Positions 39,221-51,435 of a DNA stretch of 64,000 nt are shown piece after piece (positions within the stretch are counted from its first letter, which is position 1; every line of letters starts with the position of its first letter). A program made the position numbers and the translations under genes. The notes under the pieces are model-generated. The model was given only the letters and a program-made list of their open reading frames with translations, did no database searches and was not told the origin of the DNA. The DNA comes from Anaeramoeba ignava BMAN (Eukaryota > Protista > Anaeramoebae): assembly GCA_028826165.1 (NCBI GenBank), contig JAPDFW010000107.1, positions 62,001 to 126,000 on the forward strand, given 5' to 3'.

Positions 39221-39260
39221 GTTTTTTCATTTTTTTCATTTTTTTTCATTTTTTTAATTT
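39221..39260 (+). promoter_or_regulatory. Representative tandem (T)nCAT(T)n initiator-like element upstream of COPA
   Basis: GTTTTTTCATTTTTTTCATTTTTTTTCATTTTTTT about 30-60 nt before the ATG; the same motif lies on the sense strand upstream of nearly all genes. Confidence 0.65.
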
Positions 39261-39283
39261 TTTTAATTTTTATAATTTTTAAA

Positions 39284-42200
39284 ATGGATTTATTAATAAA
39301 ATTTCAAACTGAATCAGAAAAAGTAAAAGCAATAGCATTTCACCCAACAAGACCATTAATAATAGTAGGACTTCACGACGGAGAAATCCAGTTCTGGGAT
39401 TACGAACTGAAGATATTACTATCCAAATTCAAGAAACACGAAGGAGCAGTACGAGGAATAGATTTTCATCCAACTCAACCATTATTTGTATCAGCAGGAG
39501 ATGATGGATTGATATCAATTTGGAATTACAAAGAAAGAAAGCACTTGTATTACCTAGAAGGACACACGGATTACATCAGAACGGTTCAGTTTCATAAGGA
39601 ATTCCCGTGGATTGTGAGTTGTTCTGATGACCAAACAATCCGCATTTGGAACTGGCAAAATCGCACTTGCATTTCCATTTTAACTGGTCATAATCACTAT
39701 GTCATGTGCGCTGCTTTCCATCCAAATCAGGATCTTCTTTTATCAGCTTCCCTCGACAATACCATCCGCATTTGGGATATTTCGGGGTTGAGGAAAAAAT
39801 ACTTTTCAATTGAAAACTCAGTGAATTTAAATCCGCAAAATTTTTCCGTTAACATTTCAAGTCCGCTGTCAGAATTACAAAAGGATTTATTCGGGACATC
39901 TGACGTGGAGCTTAAGTTTATCCTTGAGGACCACGAACAGGGCGTGAACTGGGCTGCGTTCCATCCCCATCTGCCGCTGCTTGTGTCATGCTCTGATGAC
40001 CAGGACTTGAAATTGTGGAAAATAACCGACTCGCAAGTCATTTTAATCGAAACTTTAATCGGTCACACAAATAACGTCTGTTCCGTTCTTTTTCATCCGA
40101 AAGAAGACTTGATTCTTTCAGACTCTGAAGACTCAACACTCCGCATCTGGAGCTTGGATAAGCAGATCAATATCAAAACTTTTTCTAGAGGTGATGAGGC
40201 CTTTTGGTGTCTTGCAAATCATCCGACAGAAAGTTTATTTGCTGCTGGCCATGATAAAGGCTTTATTATATTCAAATTGAGCAAGGAAAGACCAGCGTAT
40301 TTTCATCTCGAAAGAAATATTTTGTTCGTCAAAAATAATTCTATTATGAATTACAATATGAATGCGCATTCGCAAACGGTCATCGCAAAATCAGCGCAAA
40401 AAATCGATCAGAAAAGTCTTCTTGGTCTTCATTACAACAAATTCGAGAAACTAATGCTTCTTGAGTTCAGTGATAATTTCGAGCTCATTAGATTGTCCGC
40501 GAATGAATCCAATAGAGGCCAACGCGGATCGGGCGGATCTTGCATTTGGATTTCAAGAGATAAAATTGGTGTTTTGAGCCAAGACAACAAAATATTCTTC
40601 AAAAATTTGCAGAATCATGTCACAAAAACCATATCCTTACCCGACGATGTTTCGACAAACACTTCCAAAGAAATCATCCACAATCTCGGCAAAATAACAA
40701 GGATATTTGCAGCAGGATTTGGGATGGTTTTGCTTCGCACAGACAGCAAAGTTTATCTTCTTGACATTCAACAAAAGAAAATATTATCAAGCATTTCCGC
40801 CAAAAGAATCAAACAGGCTCTTTGGTCTGACGACATGAACTATTTGGCGCTCATAGGCGCATTTGAGATTATTATTTGCGATAAAAAACTGAAGCAAATT
40901 GTTGTGATTAGCGAGAAAATCCGGATCAAAGGATATTGTTGGAGCAAAAACAACGTTTTCTTCTACACAACTCTACACCATTTCAAATACTGTCTTTCCA
41001 ACGGCGACTACGGCATAATCAAATCAATCGAGAAATGCATCTATTTAGTTGCTGTTGATAATAACATCGCCTTTTATTTCGATAGAATCGATGATGGAGT
41101 TAAAGTTATGGAATTCGACCCAACTGAATTCGCTCTGAAATCAGCAATCATAAACAACAAAATGGAGGACGTTGTTCCGTTGCTGAGGAACAAAAACGTC
41201 ACAAGCAGAGCGTTTATTGAGTATCTCACAAAGCACGGCCATCCTGATATCGCCTTGCATTTTGTGCAGAATGAAAAAACAAAATTTGAACTTGCTCTCC
41301 AATGCGGAGAAATCCAAACCGCTCTCGATTCTGCAAAGAAAATCGACCACAGAATCTACTGGCAAAATCTCGCAAAAGAAGCCTTGAAACAAGGCAATGT
41401 GGATATTGTTGAAAATTGCCATTTGAGAAACGAAAATATTTACGGATTGATTTTTTTGTATTCAATAACTGGTGATTTTGATAAATTATCAAAAATCCCA
41501 AAAATTGCAGAAATGAAAGACGATTTACTTTCTCATTTCCAAGCTGCCTTATTTCTCGGAAGTCCCGAAGAAAGAATCAAATCATTAGTCAAATCAAACC
41601 AACTCAATTACGCGTATTTAACCGCAAAAACTTATGGATTAACAGAAGAAGCCGAGAAAATCCAAGCTTTAATTGAACAGAAAAAGAAGAACGTTCCTGA
41701 TCAATTTGAACCAAAATCAAAGGAGTTAATAACAACTCCAAGACCAATTCTGCACCAAACAAATTGGCCGCTATTGACTGTTTCTCGTGGAATCACTTAT
41801 TCAACTTTTGCAAAAGATAATGTTATTGAAGATGATAAACCGCAAGAGAATATCGTTATTGAGGGTGAATGGGATATTCCCGAACTTGAAGAAAACAAAA
41901 CTGAAAATCAAATACAAACAAATGAACCGCAAGAAAACGAAGACAATGATTGGATAGATGGAAATGAAATTGATCTCTTGGAAATCACTGAAAATATCGA
42001 AAAATCAATTGATTCATCTCAAAAATCAGAAAAAGAAATATTTGTTGCTCCGATTCACGGCAAAACGAGTCATGAATCTTGGATAGGCTCCTCGAATATT
42101 CCTGCAGAATATGTTGCCGCTGGGCATTTCAAAACTGCAATGGATTTACTCAACTCACAAATTGGAATCGTGAATTTCAATCCAATGAAAAATTTGTTTC

Positions 42201-42967
42201 TTTCTTTGTTTCTTTCTGCTCATGATTCCTTGCAAGCATTCCCCAATATTATCGATATTAATTATGAGAATTGCGACCAAATCACAAAAAAAACATTTTC
42301 AAGTCCATTCACAATAGAAAAGATGAAGAAATTGATTCAAGAAGCACTTAATCTGACAACATCAGGAAAATTTTTGGAAAGTATGAAAATTTTCGAATTA
42401 ATTCTCGTTCAAATTCCTTTAATGATTTTAAACGATCCTTCCGAAGTCAATGAAGTGAAGAAGATGATTGTTTTGAGCAAAGAATATCTGAGCGGATTGA
42501 AACTAGAACAAAAGAGAAAAGAGCTCCAAAACAATCCAAAAAGATCGTTAGAAATGTCATGCTATTTTACACATTGCAATCTTCAATTAAATCACTTGAT
42601 TCTTAGTCTTCGTTCAGCAATGCTATTGAGTTTGAAAGAAAAAAATCACATCAACGCATTATCATTTGCAAAACGCATTTTGGAATTGGGAGCAAGTAAG
42701 GATTTATCAGACAAAGCAAGAAAAGTTGTTGTTTATTGCGAGAAAAATCAATCAAATGCTTATCAATTAAATTATGATGAAAGAAATCCTTTTGTTTTAT
42801 GTTGTTATTCTTTTGAGCCAATTTATCGTGGAAATGATAGTGTGGATTGTCCTTATTGCGGTGCTTCTTATTTACCTAAATATTCAAATCAACTTTGCAA
42901 TATTTGCCAAATGAGTAAAATTGGAATGAAGGATTTAAAAGGATTAACACTTCTTAAAAAAATTTAA
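39284..42967 (+). CDS. COPA: Coatomer subunit alpha, intronless
   Basis: WD40 start (AFHPTRP, GHTDYIRTVQFH, GHNHYVMCAAFHP), coatomer WDAD region, C-terminal YFTHCNLQ...YDERNPF...CPYCGA. Confidence 0.97.
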   Translation: MDLLIKFQTESEKVKAIAFHPTRPLIIVGLHDGEIQFWDYELKILLSKFKKHEGAVRGIDFHPTQPLFVSAGDDGLISIWNYKERKHLYYLEGHTDYIRTVQFHKEFPWIVSCSDDQTIRIWNWQNRTCISILTGHNHYVMCAAFHPNQDLLLSASLDNTIRIWDISGLRKKYFSIENSVNLNPQNFSVNISSPLSELQKDLFGTSDVELKFILEDHEQGVNWAAFHPHLPLLVSCSDDQDLKLWKITDSQVILIETLIGHTNNVCSVLFHPKEDLILSDSEDSTLRIWSLDKQINIKTFSRGDEAFWCLANHPTESLFAAGHDKGFIIFKLSKERPAYFHLERNILFVKNNSIMNYNMNAHSQTVIAKSAQKIDQKSLLGLHYNKFEKLMLLEFSDNFELIRLSANESNRGQRGSGGSCIWISRDKIGVLSQDNKIFFKNLQNHVTKTISLPDDVSTNTSKEIIHNLGKITRIFAAGFGMVLLRTDSKVYLLDIQQKKILSSISAKRIKQALWSDDMNYLALIGAFEIIICDKKLKQIVVISEKIRIKGYCWSKNNVFFYTTLHHFKYCLSNGDYGIIKSIEKCIYLVAVDNNIAFYFDRIDDGVKVMEFDPTEFALKSAIINNKMEDVVPLLRNKNVTSRAFIEYLTKHGHPDIALHFVQNEKTKFELALQCGEIQTALDSAKKIDHRIYWQNLAKEALKQGNVDIVENCHLRNENIYGLIFLYSITGDFDKLSKIPKIAEMKDDLLSHFQAALFLGSPEERIKSLVKSNQLNYAYLTAKTYGLTEEAEKIQALIEQKKKNVPDQFEPKSKELITTPRPILHQTNWPLLTVSRGITYSTFAKDNVIEDDKPQENIVIEGEWDIPELEENKTENQIQTNEPQENEDNDWIDGNEIDLLEITENIEKSIDSSQKSEKEIFVAPIHGKTSHESWIGSSNIPAEYVAAGHFKTAMDLLNSQIGIVNFNPMKNLFLSLFLSAHDSLQAFPNIIDINYENCDQITKKTFSSPFTIEKMKKLIQEALNLTTSGKFLESMKIFELILVQIPLMILNDPSEVNEVKKMIVLSKEYLSGLKLEQKRKELQNNPKRSLEMSCYFTHCNLQLNHLILSLRSAMLLSLKEKNHINALSFAKRILELGASKDLSDKARKVVVYCEKNQSNAYQLNYDERNPFVLCCYSFEPIYRGNDSVDCPYCGASYLPKYSNQLCNICQMSKIGMKDLKGLTLLKKI

Positions 42968-43145
42968 ACTTTAAAAAAATTTTAAAACAAAATTTACAAT
43001 TTTAATTTTCAAAACATTTTTTTTTAAATAATAATAAAAAAAGAAAAGAAGATTTTCCAATTCCAAGTTTTATTATTTTAAAAAAAAATGAAAGAAAAAT
43101 TATCTATTCTTATTCTTATTCTTATTCTTATTCTTATTCTTATTT

Positions 43146-45484
43146 TTAAAACATTTTGCTTTCATCTCTAAGATATTCACCAATATCTGATTGGTGGAAA
43201 CAAACAATTTGTTCAGAATCTAATTTTCTGCATTCTTGAGTACTTTTTGCTGTTCTTCCAAATCCAAGAGGAATATCAGACATGGAATAAACAACAACTC
43301 CTTGATATTGTGGTGTACTATCTGTAATTCTTCCAAGTCCTGCTTTTAAAACGTGATTTCCATATAAAAATGATAATTCTGCTGATGGTTTTATCCAAAC
43401 TCTATATATAGCGTATTGAGCAAGATAATCCTTTTTTAAATTTTTAAATAAATTTTTAAATAAATTTTTAAACAAATTTTAAATAAATTTATAAATAAAA
43501 TTATAAACAAATTTTAAATAAATTTATAAATAAATTTTATAAATAAATTTATAAATAATTTTATAAATAAATTTTTAAATAAGTTTTATAAATAAACTTT
43601 CAAATAAATTTATAAATAAAATTATAAATAAATTTTTAAATAAATTTATAAATAAATTTTTAAATAAATTTATAAATAAATTTTTAAATAAATTTTTAAA
43701 TAAATTTCAAATAAATTTTTAAATAAATTTTTAAATAAATTTATAAATAAATTTTTAAATAAATTTTTAAATAAATTTATAAATAAATTTTTAAATAAAT
43801 TTATAAAATAAGTTTTTAAATAAATTTTTAAATAATTTTATAAATAATTTTATAAATAAACTTTCAAATAAAATTATAAATAAATTTTTAAATAAATTTA
43901 TAAATAAATTTATAAATAAATTTATAAATAAAATTATAAATAAAATTATAAATAAATTTTTAAATAAATTTTTAAATAAAATTATAAATAAAATTATAAA
44001 TAAATTTTTAAATAAATTTTTAAATAAATTTATAAATAAATTTATAAATAAGTTTTTAAATAAATTTATAAATAAATTTTTAAATAAATTTATAAATAAA
44101 TTTTTAAATAAATTTATAAATAAATTTTTAAATAAATTTATAAATAAATTTATAAATAAATTTTTAAATAAGTTTTATAAATAAGTTTATAAATAATAAA
44201 TTTTTAAATAAATTTATAAATAAATTTTTAAATAAATTTTTAAATAAATTTATAAATAAATTTTTAAATAAATTTTTAAATAAATTTATAAATAATTTTT
44301 TAAATAAGTTTTTAAATAAGTTTTTAAATAAGTTTTTAAATAAGTTTTTAAATAAATTTATAAATAAATTTTTAAATAAAATTTTTAAATAAGTTTATAA
44401 ATAAATTTATAAATAAATTTTTAAATAAATTTTTAAATAAATTTAAATAAATTTTTAAATAAATTTTCAAATAAAATTATAAATAAATTTTAAATAAATT
44501 TTTAAATAAATTTTCAAATAAATTTATAAATAAGTTTTATAAATAAATTTATAAATAAGTTTTTAAATAAATTTATAAATAAGTTTATAAATAAAATTAT
44601 AAATAAATTTATAAATAAATTTATAAATAAATTTTTAAATAAATTTATAAATAAATTTATAAATAAAATTATAAATAAATTTTTAAATAAGTTTATAAAT
44701 AAATTTATAAATAAGTTTTTAAATAAATTTTTAAATAAATTTATAAATAAAATTATAAATAAATTTTTAAATAATTTTTCAAATAAGTTTTAAATAAATT
44801 TATAAATAAATTTATAAATAAGTTTATAAATAAAATTATAAATAAATTTTTAAATAAATTTTTAAATAAATTTATAAATAAAATTATAAATAAATTTTTA
44901 AATAAATTTTTAAATAAAATTATAAATAAAATTATAAATAAATTTTTAAATAAATTTTTAAATAAATTTATAAATAAATTTTAAATAAATTTATAAATAA
45001 ATTTTTAAATAAATTTTTAAATAAATTTTTAAATAAGTTTTTAAATAAATTTTTTAAATAAATTTTTTAAATAAATTATAAATAAAATTATAAATAAATT
45101 TATAAATAAAATTATAAATAAGTTTTTAAACAAATTTTAAATAAATTTATAAATAAAATTATAAATAAGTTTTTAAATAAGTTTATAAATAAATTTCAAT
45201 TCCAAATGAATTATAATTTTATTTACCAAAGAAGTAATACTTAAACGGAAATTTCCAGTTTTTGTAAATTTTCCAAAACAAACACCTAAACTTGCTAATT
45301 TTTTTCTACCAGTATTTGTTGCTTGTTTCATTATTTTTTCAGAAACATAATATACTCTTGTTCTGTGTAAACGAAAGCAATATTGATCATCTGGTCTTTC
45401 TAAAAGTTTTTTAATATTTGAACCAATATATTCTGCTAATTTTTTAAAAAAAATTTTTGTTTCTTCTTCAGTTAAAGGTCTCAT
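43146..45484 (-). CDS. NIP7: 60S ribosome biogenesis protein NIP7; exons 45484-45227 and 43430-43146
   Basis: [10 protein letters not shown]...[16 protein letters not shown]|DYLAQYA...[16 protein letters not shown]...[12 protein letters not shown]; spliced length 180 aa. Confidence 0.97.
43435..45195. repeat. 12-mer (AAATAAATTTWT)n filling the 1796-nt NIP7 intron
   Basis: Direct inspection. Confidence 0.92.
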
Positions 45485-45599
45485 TGTCTATTTTTATATT
45501 TATCTATTTTTTTAAAATGAAAAAAAAAATGAAAAAAATGAAAAAAATTTTTTTAATTTAATTTATTTTATTTTTTCATCCTTTCAAAAAAAAACAAAA

Positions 45600-46018
45600 A
45601 TGGAAAATTTTATTGTAACTTTTGGTCATCAAACTCGTAGATTCTCAATTTATACTCTTGATGTATTTATTTTTTATTTTTATTTATTATTTATTATTTT
45701 TATTTTTATTTATTTTTTAACATAAAAAAAACAATAGCAAAAAATTATTGATTCATTTAGTTTGAATTTTAAAGAAATCTATCAAGCTGATATGAAACTT
45801 GTTGATGGAATTCCTTGTTTTGATGTAAATTTTTTTTTGCTTTTTAAAAATAATCTAAAAATTTACTTTTATTTTTTTATTCCTTTTTTTAGCTTCCAAA
45901 AAAAGAACATTTTTTAATTGCTTTAAGTAGATTAATTCAATGGGCAAAAGATTTTGGATTTACTTTAACTAATCATAATAATATTCCTGGTTATTTTTTT
46001 GAAAAAAAGAATAATTAA
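45600..46018 (+). CDS. Small three-exon array gene, copy 1 (GFRP-fold-like); exons 45600-45662, 45738-45824, 45893-46018
   Basis: MENFIVTFGHQTRRFSIYTLD|QKIIDSFSLNFKEIYQADMKLVDGIPCFD|LPKKEHFLIALSRLIQWAKDFGFTLTNHNNIPGYFFEKKNN*. Confidence 0.8.
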
Positions 46019-46160
46019 TTCAATCAGAAATTCAACATTTTTTTTTTCTCCTTTTTTTTCTTTTTTATTCTCCTTTTCTTTTTTTAAATCCAAAATAAAA
46101 AAAAGCAACAAAAAACGTTATTTTCCATTTTTCTTTCTTTCATTTTTCTAATATTTAGAA

Positions 46161-46570
46161 ATGGATTTTTTTATAGCAAATTTCCATGGTTCATTTATGA
46201 CTCTTTCTGAAGGAGATGTAAATTTAAATTAAAAAATTATTCCAAAATTCAAAATTAATTTTATTTAAAAAAATTATAGCCTAAATTAATTGAGGCAATT
46301 ATAGTAAAACTTAAAGAAATGTTTAATGCAAATCTAGAAAAAGCACAAGGTGGAGGATATCTACTTAAGGTTTGTGTTTTATATTTTGATAATTTATTTC
46401 AAATTTTGTTATTTATTTATAAAAAGGTTAAAAGCTTTTTAACAACACTTATTTTAAATATTAATTCAAAGGAAATTTTCAAGCATGTGAAGATAACTGG
46501 ATTTGAATTAATTCAATTCACTTGTGCAGATCATGAAACTTATTCTTAAGTTTTCAAAAGAAAAAAATCA
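46161..46570 (+). CDS. Array copy 2; exon 3 has small indels
   Basis: MDFFIANFHGSFMTLSEGD|PKLIEAIIVKLKEMFNANLEKAQGGGYLLK|...GFELIQF; QACED motif is out of frame. Confidence 0.65.
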
Positions 46571-46845
46571 GATCAAAATTAAATCAAAATTAAATCAAAA
46601 TTAAATTAAAATCCAATCAAAATCAGATCAAAATTAAATCAAAATTAAATCAAAATTAAATTAAAATCCAATCAAAATTAAATCAAAATTAAATCAAAAT
46701 TAAATCAAAATTTAATTAAAAAATTCAAAACAAAATTCAACATTTTTCTTCTAAATTAAAATTTTTCTCAAAAAATCAAAATAAAAATAAAAAGGAAAAT
46801 AGCAAAAACAATTTTATTTTTTCAAATTTTTTCTTTCAATTTTAA

Positions 46846-47236
46846 ATGAATTTTTAAATCAAAATTGGGGAAATCAAAATTAAATCAAAATTTGTAAAAC
46901 ATAAAAATTAAAATCAAAATAAAAATAAAATAAAAATAAAAATTCAATTTAAAAATATAAATCTAAATTATTTGAAGCAGTTTAAATAAAAATTAAAGAA
47001 ATTTTCAAAATTAAATTACAAAAATTCAAAAAATCAACTTTAAATCTAAAGTTCAAATCAAAATTCAAAAAATTAAATCAAATTTAAATTTAAATTTAAA
47101 TTTAAATTTTTATTCAAAATTAAAATTAAAGGAGTATCTTAAATCAAATTAAATCAAAAATTAAATCAAAATTAAATCAAAATTAAATCAAATTTTAAAC
47201 AAATTCATTCTTTTAATTTTCCAAAGAAAGAAATAA
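46846..47236 (+). pseudogene. Array copy 3, degenerate paralog of copy 5, interspersed with AAATCAAAATT
   Basis: Remnants CTAAATTATTTGAAGCAGTTT, AAAGGAGTATCT and TTAATTTTCCAAAGAAAGAAATAA match copy 5. Confidence 0.65.
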
Positions 47237-47325
47237 TCCAAAAACAAAAACAAAAACAAAAAGCAAAAATTTTTTCATTTTTCTTTCATTTTTCAATTTT
47301 TTTTTCATTTTTCTAATATTTAGAA

Positions 47326-47721
47326 ATGGATTTTTTTAATGAATGTCTTTGGTCAATCTATCACTTTTTCTGATGGAGATGTAAATTTAAATTAAAAATT
47401 AAAAAAAATTATTTTTATTTTTAAAAATTATTTTTAAATTAAAAAGGAATGAAAACTTCAAGAAGTTTTCAATATCAAATTACAAAACCAAAAAGGTGGA
47501 GGATATCTACTTGTGTTTTATATTTTGATAATTTAAAACCAAAAATTAAAATTTATTTATTTATAAAAATAATTAATTTATTTTAAAGATTAACACTATA
47601 AACTTTATCATTAATACGCAAAGAGAAATTTTTCAAGCATGTGAAGAATCTAATTTGAGTTTAATTCAAACAGAAGATACTCAAACCTATGTTTCTTTAG
47701 TTTTTCAAAAGAAAAAAATAA
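47326..47721 (+). pseudogene. Array copy 4, disrupted paralog of copy 2
   Basis: GQSITFSDGD|, KLQEVFNIKLQNQKGGGYL, REIFQACEESNLSLIQTEDTQTYVSLVFQKKK*; indel in exon 1 and missing start of exon 2. Confidence 0.6.
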
Positions 47722-47938
47722 ATCCAAAAATCCAATAAAATTAAATCAAATTTTAATTTAAAATCAAAAAATTAAATCAAATTAAATCAAAATTAAATCA
47801 AAATTTAATTAAAAATTCAAACAGAAATTCAACATTTTTTTCTTCTTTTTCTCAAAAAGAAAATGTTTTCTTTTTAAATCCAAAATAAAAAGGAAAATAG
47901 CAAAAATTTTATTTTTTTCATTTTTCTTTCAATTTAAA

Positions 47939-48430
47939 ATGAATTTTTAGCAAATTTTATTTTTATTTTAAAATTTCTTTGTCTTAAAGAGATGTAAAAC
48001 AAAAAATTAAAATTCGAAATAAAAATAAAATAAAATTAAAAAATTCAATTTAAAAATATAGCCTAAATTATTTGAAGCAGTTTCAGTAAAACTTCAAGAA
48101 ATTTTCAATATCAAATTACAAAAGATTCAAAATGGTACTTTCACTGCTAGAGTTTGTTTTAAATTTTTTTATTTAAATTTTTTTATTTAAATTTTTTTAT
48201 TATTTAAATTTTTTTATTTAAATTTTTTTTTTATTTAAATTTTTTTATTTAAATTTTTTTATTTAAATTTTTTATTAAATTTTTTTATTTAAATTTTTTA
48301 GTATAAAGGAGTATCTCCCCTTAATTTAAAAAGAGAAATTCTTCAAGCTTGTGAAGATTGTGGATTTGAATTAATTCAAATAACTGCTGGGGAGTATATA
48401 GATTCTTTAATTTTCCAAAGAAAGAAATAA
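47939..48430 (+). CDS. Array copy 5; exon 1 appears corrupted
   Basis: |PKLFEAVSVKLQEIFNIKLQKIQNGTFTAR|YKGVSPLNLKREILQACEDCGFELIQITAGEYIDSLIFQRKK*. Confidence 0.7.
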
Positions 48431-48649
48431 TCCAAAAAACAAAAAACAAAAAACAAAAAACAAAAAACAAACAACAAACAACATTTTAACAGATTTTTTT
48501 CTTTTATTCTCCTTTTATTCTTTCTTTTCTTTCCTTTTTCTTTCTTTTCTTTTTTTAATTCAAAATCAATAATAAAAAAGAAAAAGCAAAAAAATTTTAT
48601 TTTCATTTTTTTTATTTTTTCAATTTATTTTTTCAATTTAAAAAAAGGA

Positions 48650-49087
48650 ATGAATACTTTAATTGTTTCACACATTTATTATAGCACAAAATTAGAATAT
48701 TTATATCTTTCTGATACAGATGTAAATAATATTAAAAATTTAAAATCCAAAAATTAAAAATTAAAATTTAATTAAAAAATATAAAAAATAAAGCCTAAAT
48801 TGATTGAAGCAATTGCAGTAAAACTTAAAGAACTTTATAATTTAAGTTTACAAAGAACAGAAGATAGAGGTTATGTTGCTAGTGTTTGTGTTTTATATTC
48901 TTTAAAAAATAAATCAATAATTTTAAATTCATTTTTTATTTATTTTTAAAAAAAGTTTTCTGGATCAAAAAGTTTTTATTTAACTGTTCAAGCACAAATT
49001 ATTGAAGCAGCAAAAGAAACAGGATTTGAATTAACAACTTTTGGAACTTCTCAAAAAGAAAATGTTTACGTTTTTCAAAAGAAATAA
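48650..49087 (+). CDS. Array copy 6
   Basis: MNTLIVSHIYYSTKLEYLYLSDTD|PKLIEAIAVKLKELYNLSLQRTEDRGYVAS|FSGSKSFYLTVQAQIIEAAKETGFELTTFGTSQKENVYVFQKK*. Confidence 0.82.
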
Positions 49088-49198
49088 CTAATCCAAAAAA
49101 AAAGCAAAAAAATTTTTTTTTATTCTCCTTTTTAAATAAAAAATTTCATTTTTTAATTTTTCATTTTTTTCATTTTTTCATTTTGTTTTTATTTTAAA

Positions 49199-49623
49199 AT
49201 GGATTTCTTATTAGTTAATCACACATTTACAGGCAATTCTCATGCTATTCATTTTTCTAATTTAGATGTAAAATTAAATTATAAATTAAAATTAAAAATT
49301 ATTTTATATTTTTTTGTTTAAATAAAAAAAGCGAGATTTACTTGATACAATATCAGTCAAATTACAAGAATTTTATAATGCAACTGTCAAAAAATCAAAA
49401 GAAGGAACTTTTTATGTTGATGTTTGTGTTTAAATTTAATAAAAATCAAAATAAAATTTAAATTAAAAAATTTTAATTAAAAATTAAGTGTCCAAAAACT
49501 ATTTCACATTTTATGATTATTGAATCACAAATTCTTCATTGGTTTAACGAAGCTGGATTTGAATTAAAGCATTTGGGAACTTCACAATTTCATAATTTTT
49601 TAATTTTTGAAAGAAAAGGATAA
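49199..49623 (+). CDS. Array copy 7
   Basis: MDFLLVNHTFTGNSHAIHFSNLD|RDLLDTISVKLQEFYNATVKKSKEGTFYVD|CPKTISHFMIIESQILHWFNEAGFELKHLGTSQFHNFLIFERKG*. Confidence 0.82.
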
Positions 49624-49742
49624 ACAAAACAATTTTAATCTTTCATTCCCTTTTTTAATTTTTAATTTTTAATTTTTAATTTTTTTTTTCATTTTTTTTT
49701 TACAAAAGATAATAAAAAATTTAATCAAAAAGAAAATTTAAA

Positions 49743-50204
49743 ATGAGCACTTTTTCTGTTTCTCATTACATTAACTTTATAAATTCAATGACTTTTCCCA
49801 ACAAATTCTAATGTAAATAATTTAAACTTTTTTTTTTTGATGATTAAAAAAAATAAAAAAAAGCAAAAATTTTTTAATTAAAAAAAAAATAAAACAAAAT
49901 AAATAAAGCCAAAATTAATTGATACAATTAAAGTAAAATTTAAGGAACTTTATAATTGTGATTTAAAGAAAAATAGTAATGGAGCTTTTCATATTCAAGT
50001 TTGTTTTTCTTTTTATTCTTTTTATTCTTTTTATTTCTAATTCTTATTCTTATTTCCTTTTTAAAATAGTTTACAAAAGAAGGAATATATTTGGATTATC
50101 AAGTTGAACTTATTGAATGTCTAAAAGAACATGGATATGAATTAACTCATTTTAGCTTAAATGAAACTCGATGCTTTTATATTTTCCAAAAGAAAACTAA
50201 TTAA
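49743..50204 (+). CDS. Array copy 8; one extra base in exon 1, probably in CCC at 49797-49799
   Basis: MSTFSVSHYINFINSMTFP..SN|PKLIDTIKVKFKELYNCDLKKNSNGAFHIQ|FTKEGIYLDYQVELIECLKEHGYELTHFSLNETRCFYIFQKKTN*. Confidence 0.72.
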
Positions 50205-50690
50205 TCAAATTCAAAATTAAAATCAAAATCAAAATCAAAATTAAAATCAAAATCAAAATTAAAATTCAAAATCAAAATCAAAATCAAAATCAAAATCAAA
50301 ATCAAAATCAAAATCAAAATCAAAATCAAAATCAAAATCAAAATCAAAATCAAAATCAAAATCAAAATTAAAATCAAAATCAAAATCAAAATCAAAAATA
50401 AAATCAAAATCAAAATCAAATTCAAAATCAAAATCAAAATCAAAATCAAATCAAAATCAAAATCAAAATCAAAATCAAAATCAAAATCAAAATTAAAATC
50501 AAAATCAAATTCAAATTTAAAATCAAAATTAAAATCAAAATCAAAATCAAAATCAAAATCAAAATCAAAATCAAAATCAAAATCAAAATCAAAATCCAAA
50601 TCAAAATCAAAATCAAAATCAAAATCAAAATCAAAATCAAAATCAAAAATCAAATCAAAATCAAAATCAAAATCAAAATCAAAATCCAAA
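50205..50690. repeat. (CAAAAT)n hexamer microsatellite, intergenic
   Basis: Direct inspection. Confidence 0.93.
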
Positions 50691-50777
50691 AATAAAAAAA
50701 GCAAAATTATTTTTTGAAATTTTTAAATTTTTCATTTTTTTCATTTGAATCAATCAATCATCAAAAAAATAAAACAA

Positions 50778-51209
50778 ATGGATGCTTTAGTTTTTGAATT
50801 TAGATCTCAATATAAATATGCTTTTTTCTCACAAACTGATGTAAAAAATTTATTATTTTGATTTATTTAAAAACATAATTTAAATATCAAAATAAAATAT
50901 AAATGAAATAAAGCCTAAATTAAGTGAATCAATTATAGTAAAATTGAAAGAACTCTATAATTTGGATGTTAGTAAAACAAAAGATGGAGGTTTTACAATA
51001 ATGGTAAAAGGTTTTTTTGTAATCAAATTAAAAATTTAATTTTCATTTTATTTTTAAAATAGAATCTTACCAATTCAATAAGATTTCCAACTCTTCAAGT
51101 TCAAATTATTCAAACATGCAAAGAACATGGATTTAAATTAACTCATTTTAGTTCTCAATCTGATGAAGTTTGCTATTCTATTTACGAAAGAGAACAAAAA
51201 GAGAATTAA
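50778..51209 (+). CDS. Array copy 9
   Basis: MDALVFEFRSQYKYAFFSQTD|PKLSESIIVKLKELYNLDVSKTKDGGFTIM|NLTNSIRFPTLQVQIIQTCKEHGFKLTHFSSQSDEVCYSIYEREQKEN*. Confidence 0.82.
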
Positions 51210-51435
51210 TTTATATTAAAATCAAATTCAAATTCAATTTGATATTCAATTCATATTCCCCTTTTTTTTTAATCAAAATCAAAATCAAAATCAAAATCAA
51301 AATCAAAATCAAAATCAAAATCAAAATTAAAATCAAAATTAAAATCCAAAAATAAAAAAAGCAAAATTATTTTTTGAAATTTTTAAATTTTTCATTTTTT
51401 TCATTTGAATCAATCAATCAAAAAAAATAAAACAA

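Noticed and set aside
13567-42967. Inteins or transposons in the long ORFs
   Set aside because: No Hint (C...HN-C/S/T), homing endonuclease, transposase or reverse transcriptase motifs recognised; COPA length is normal
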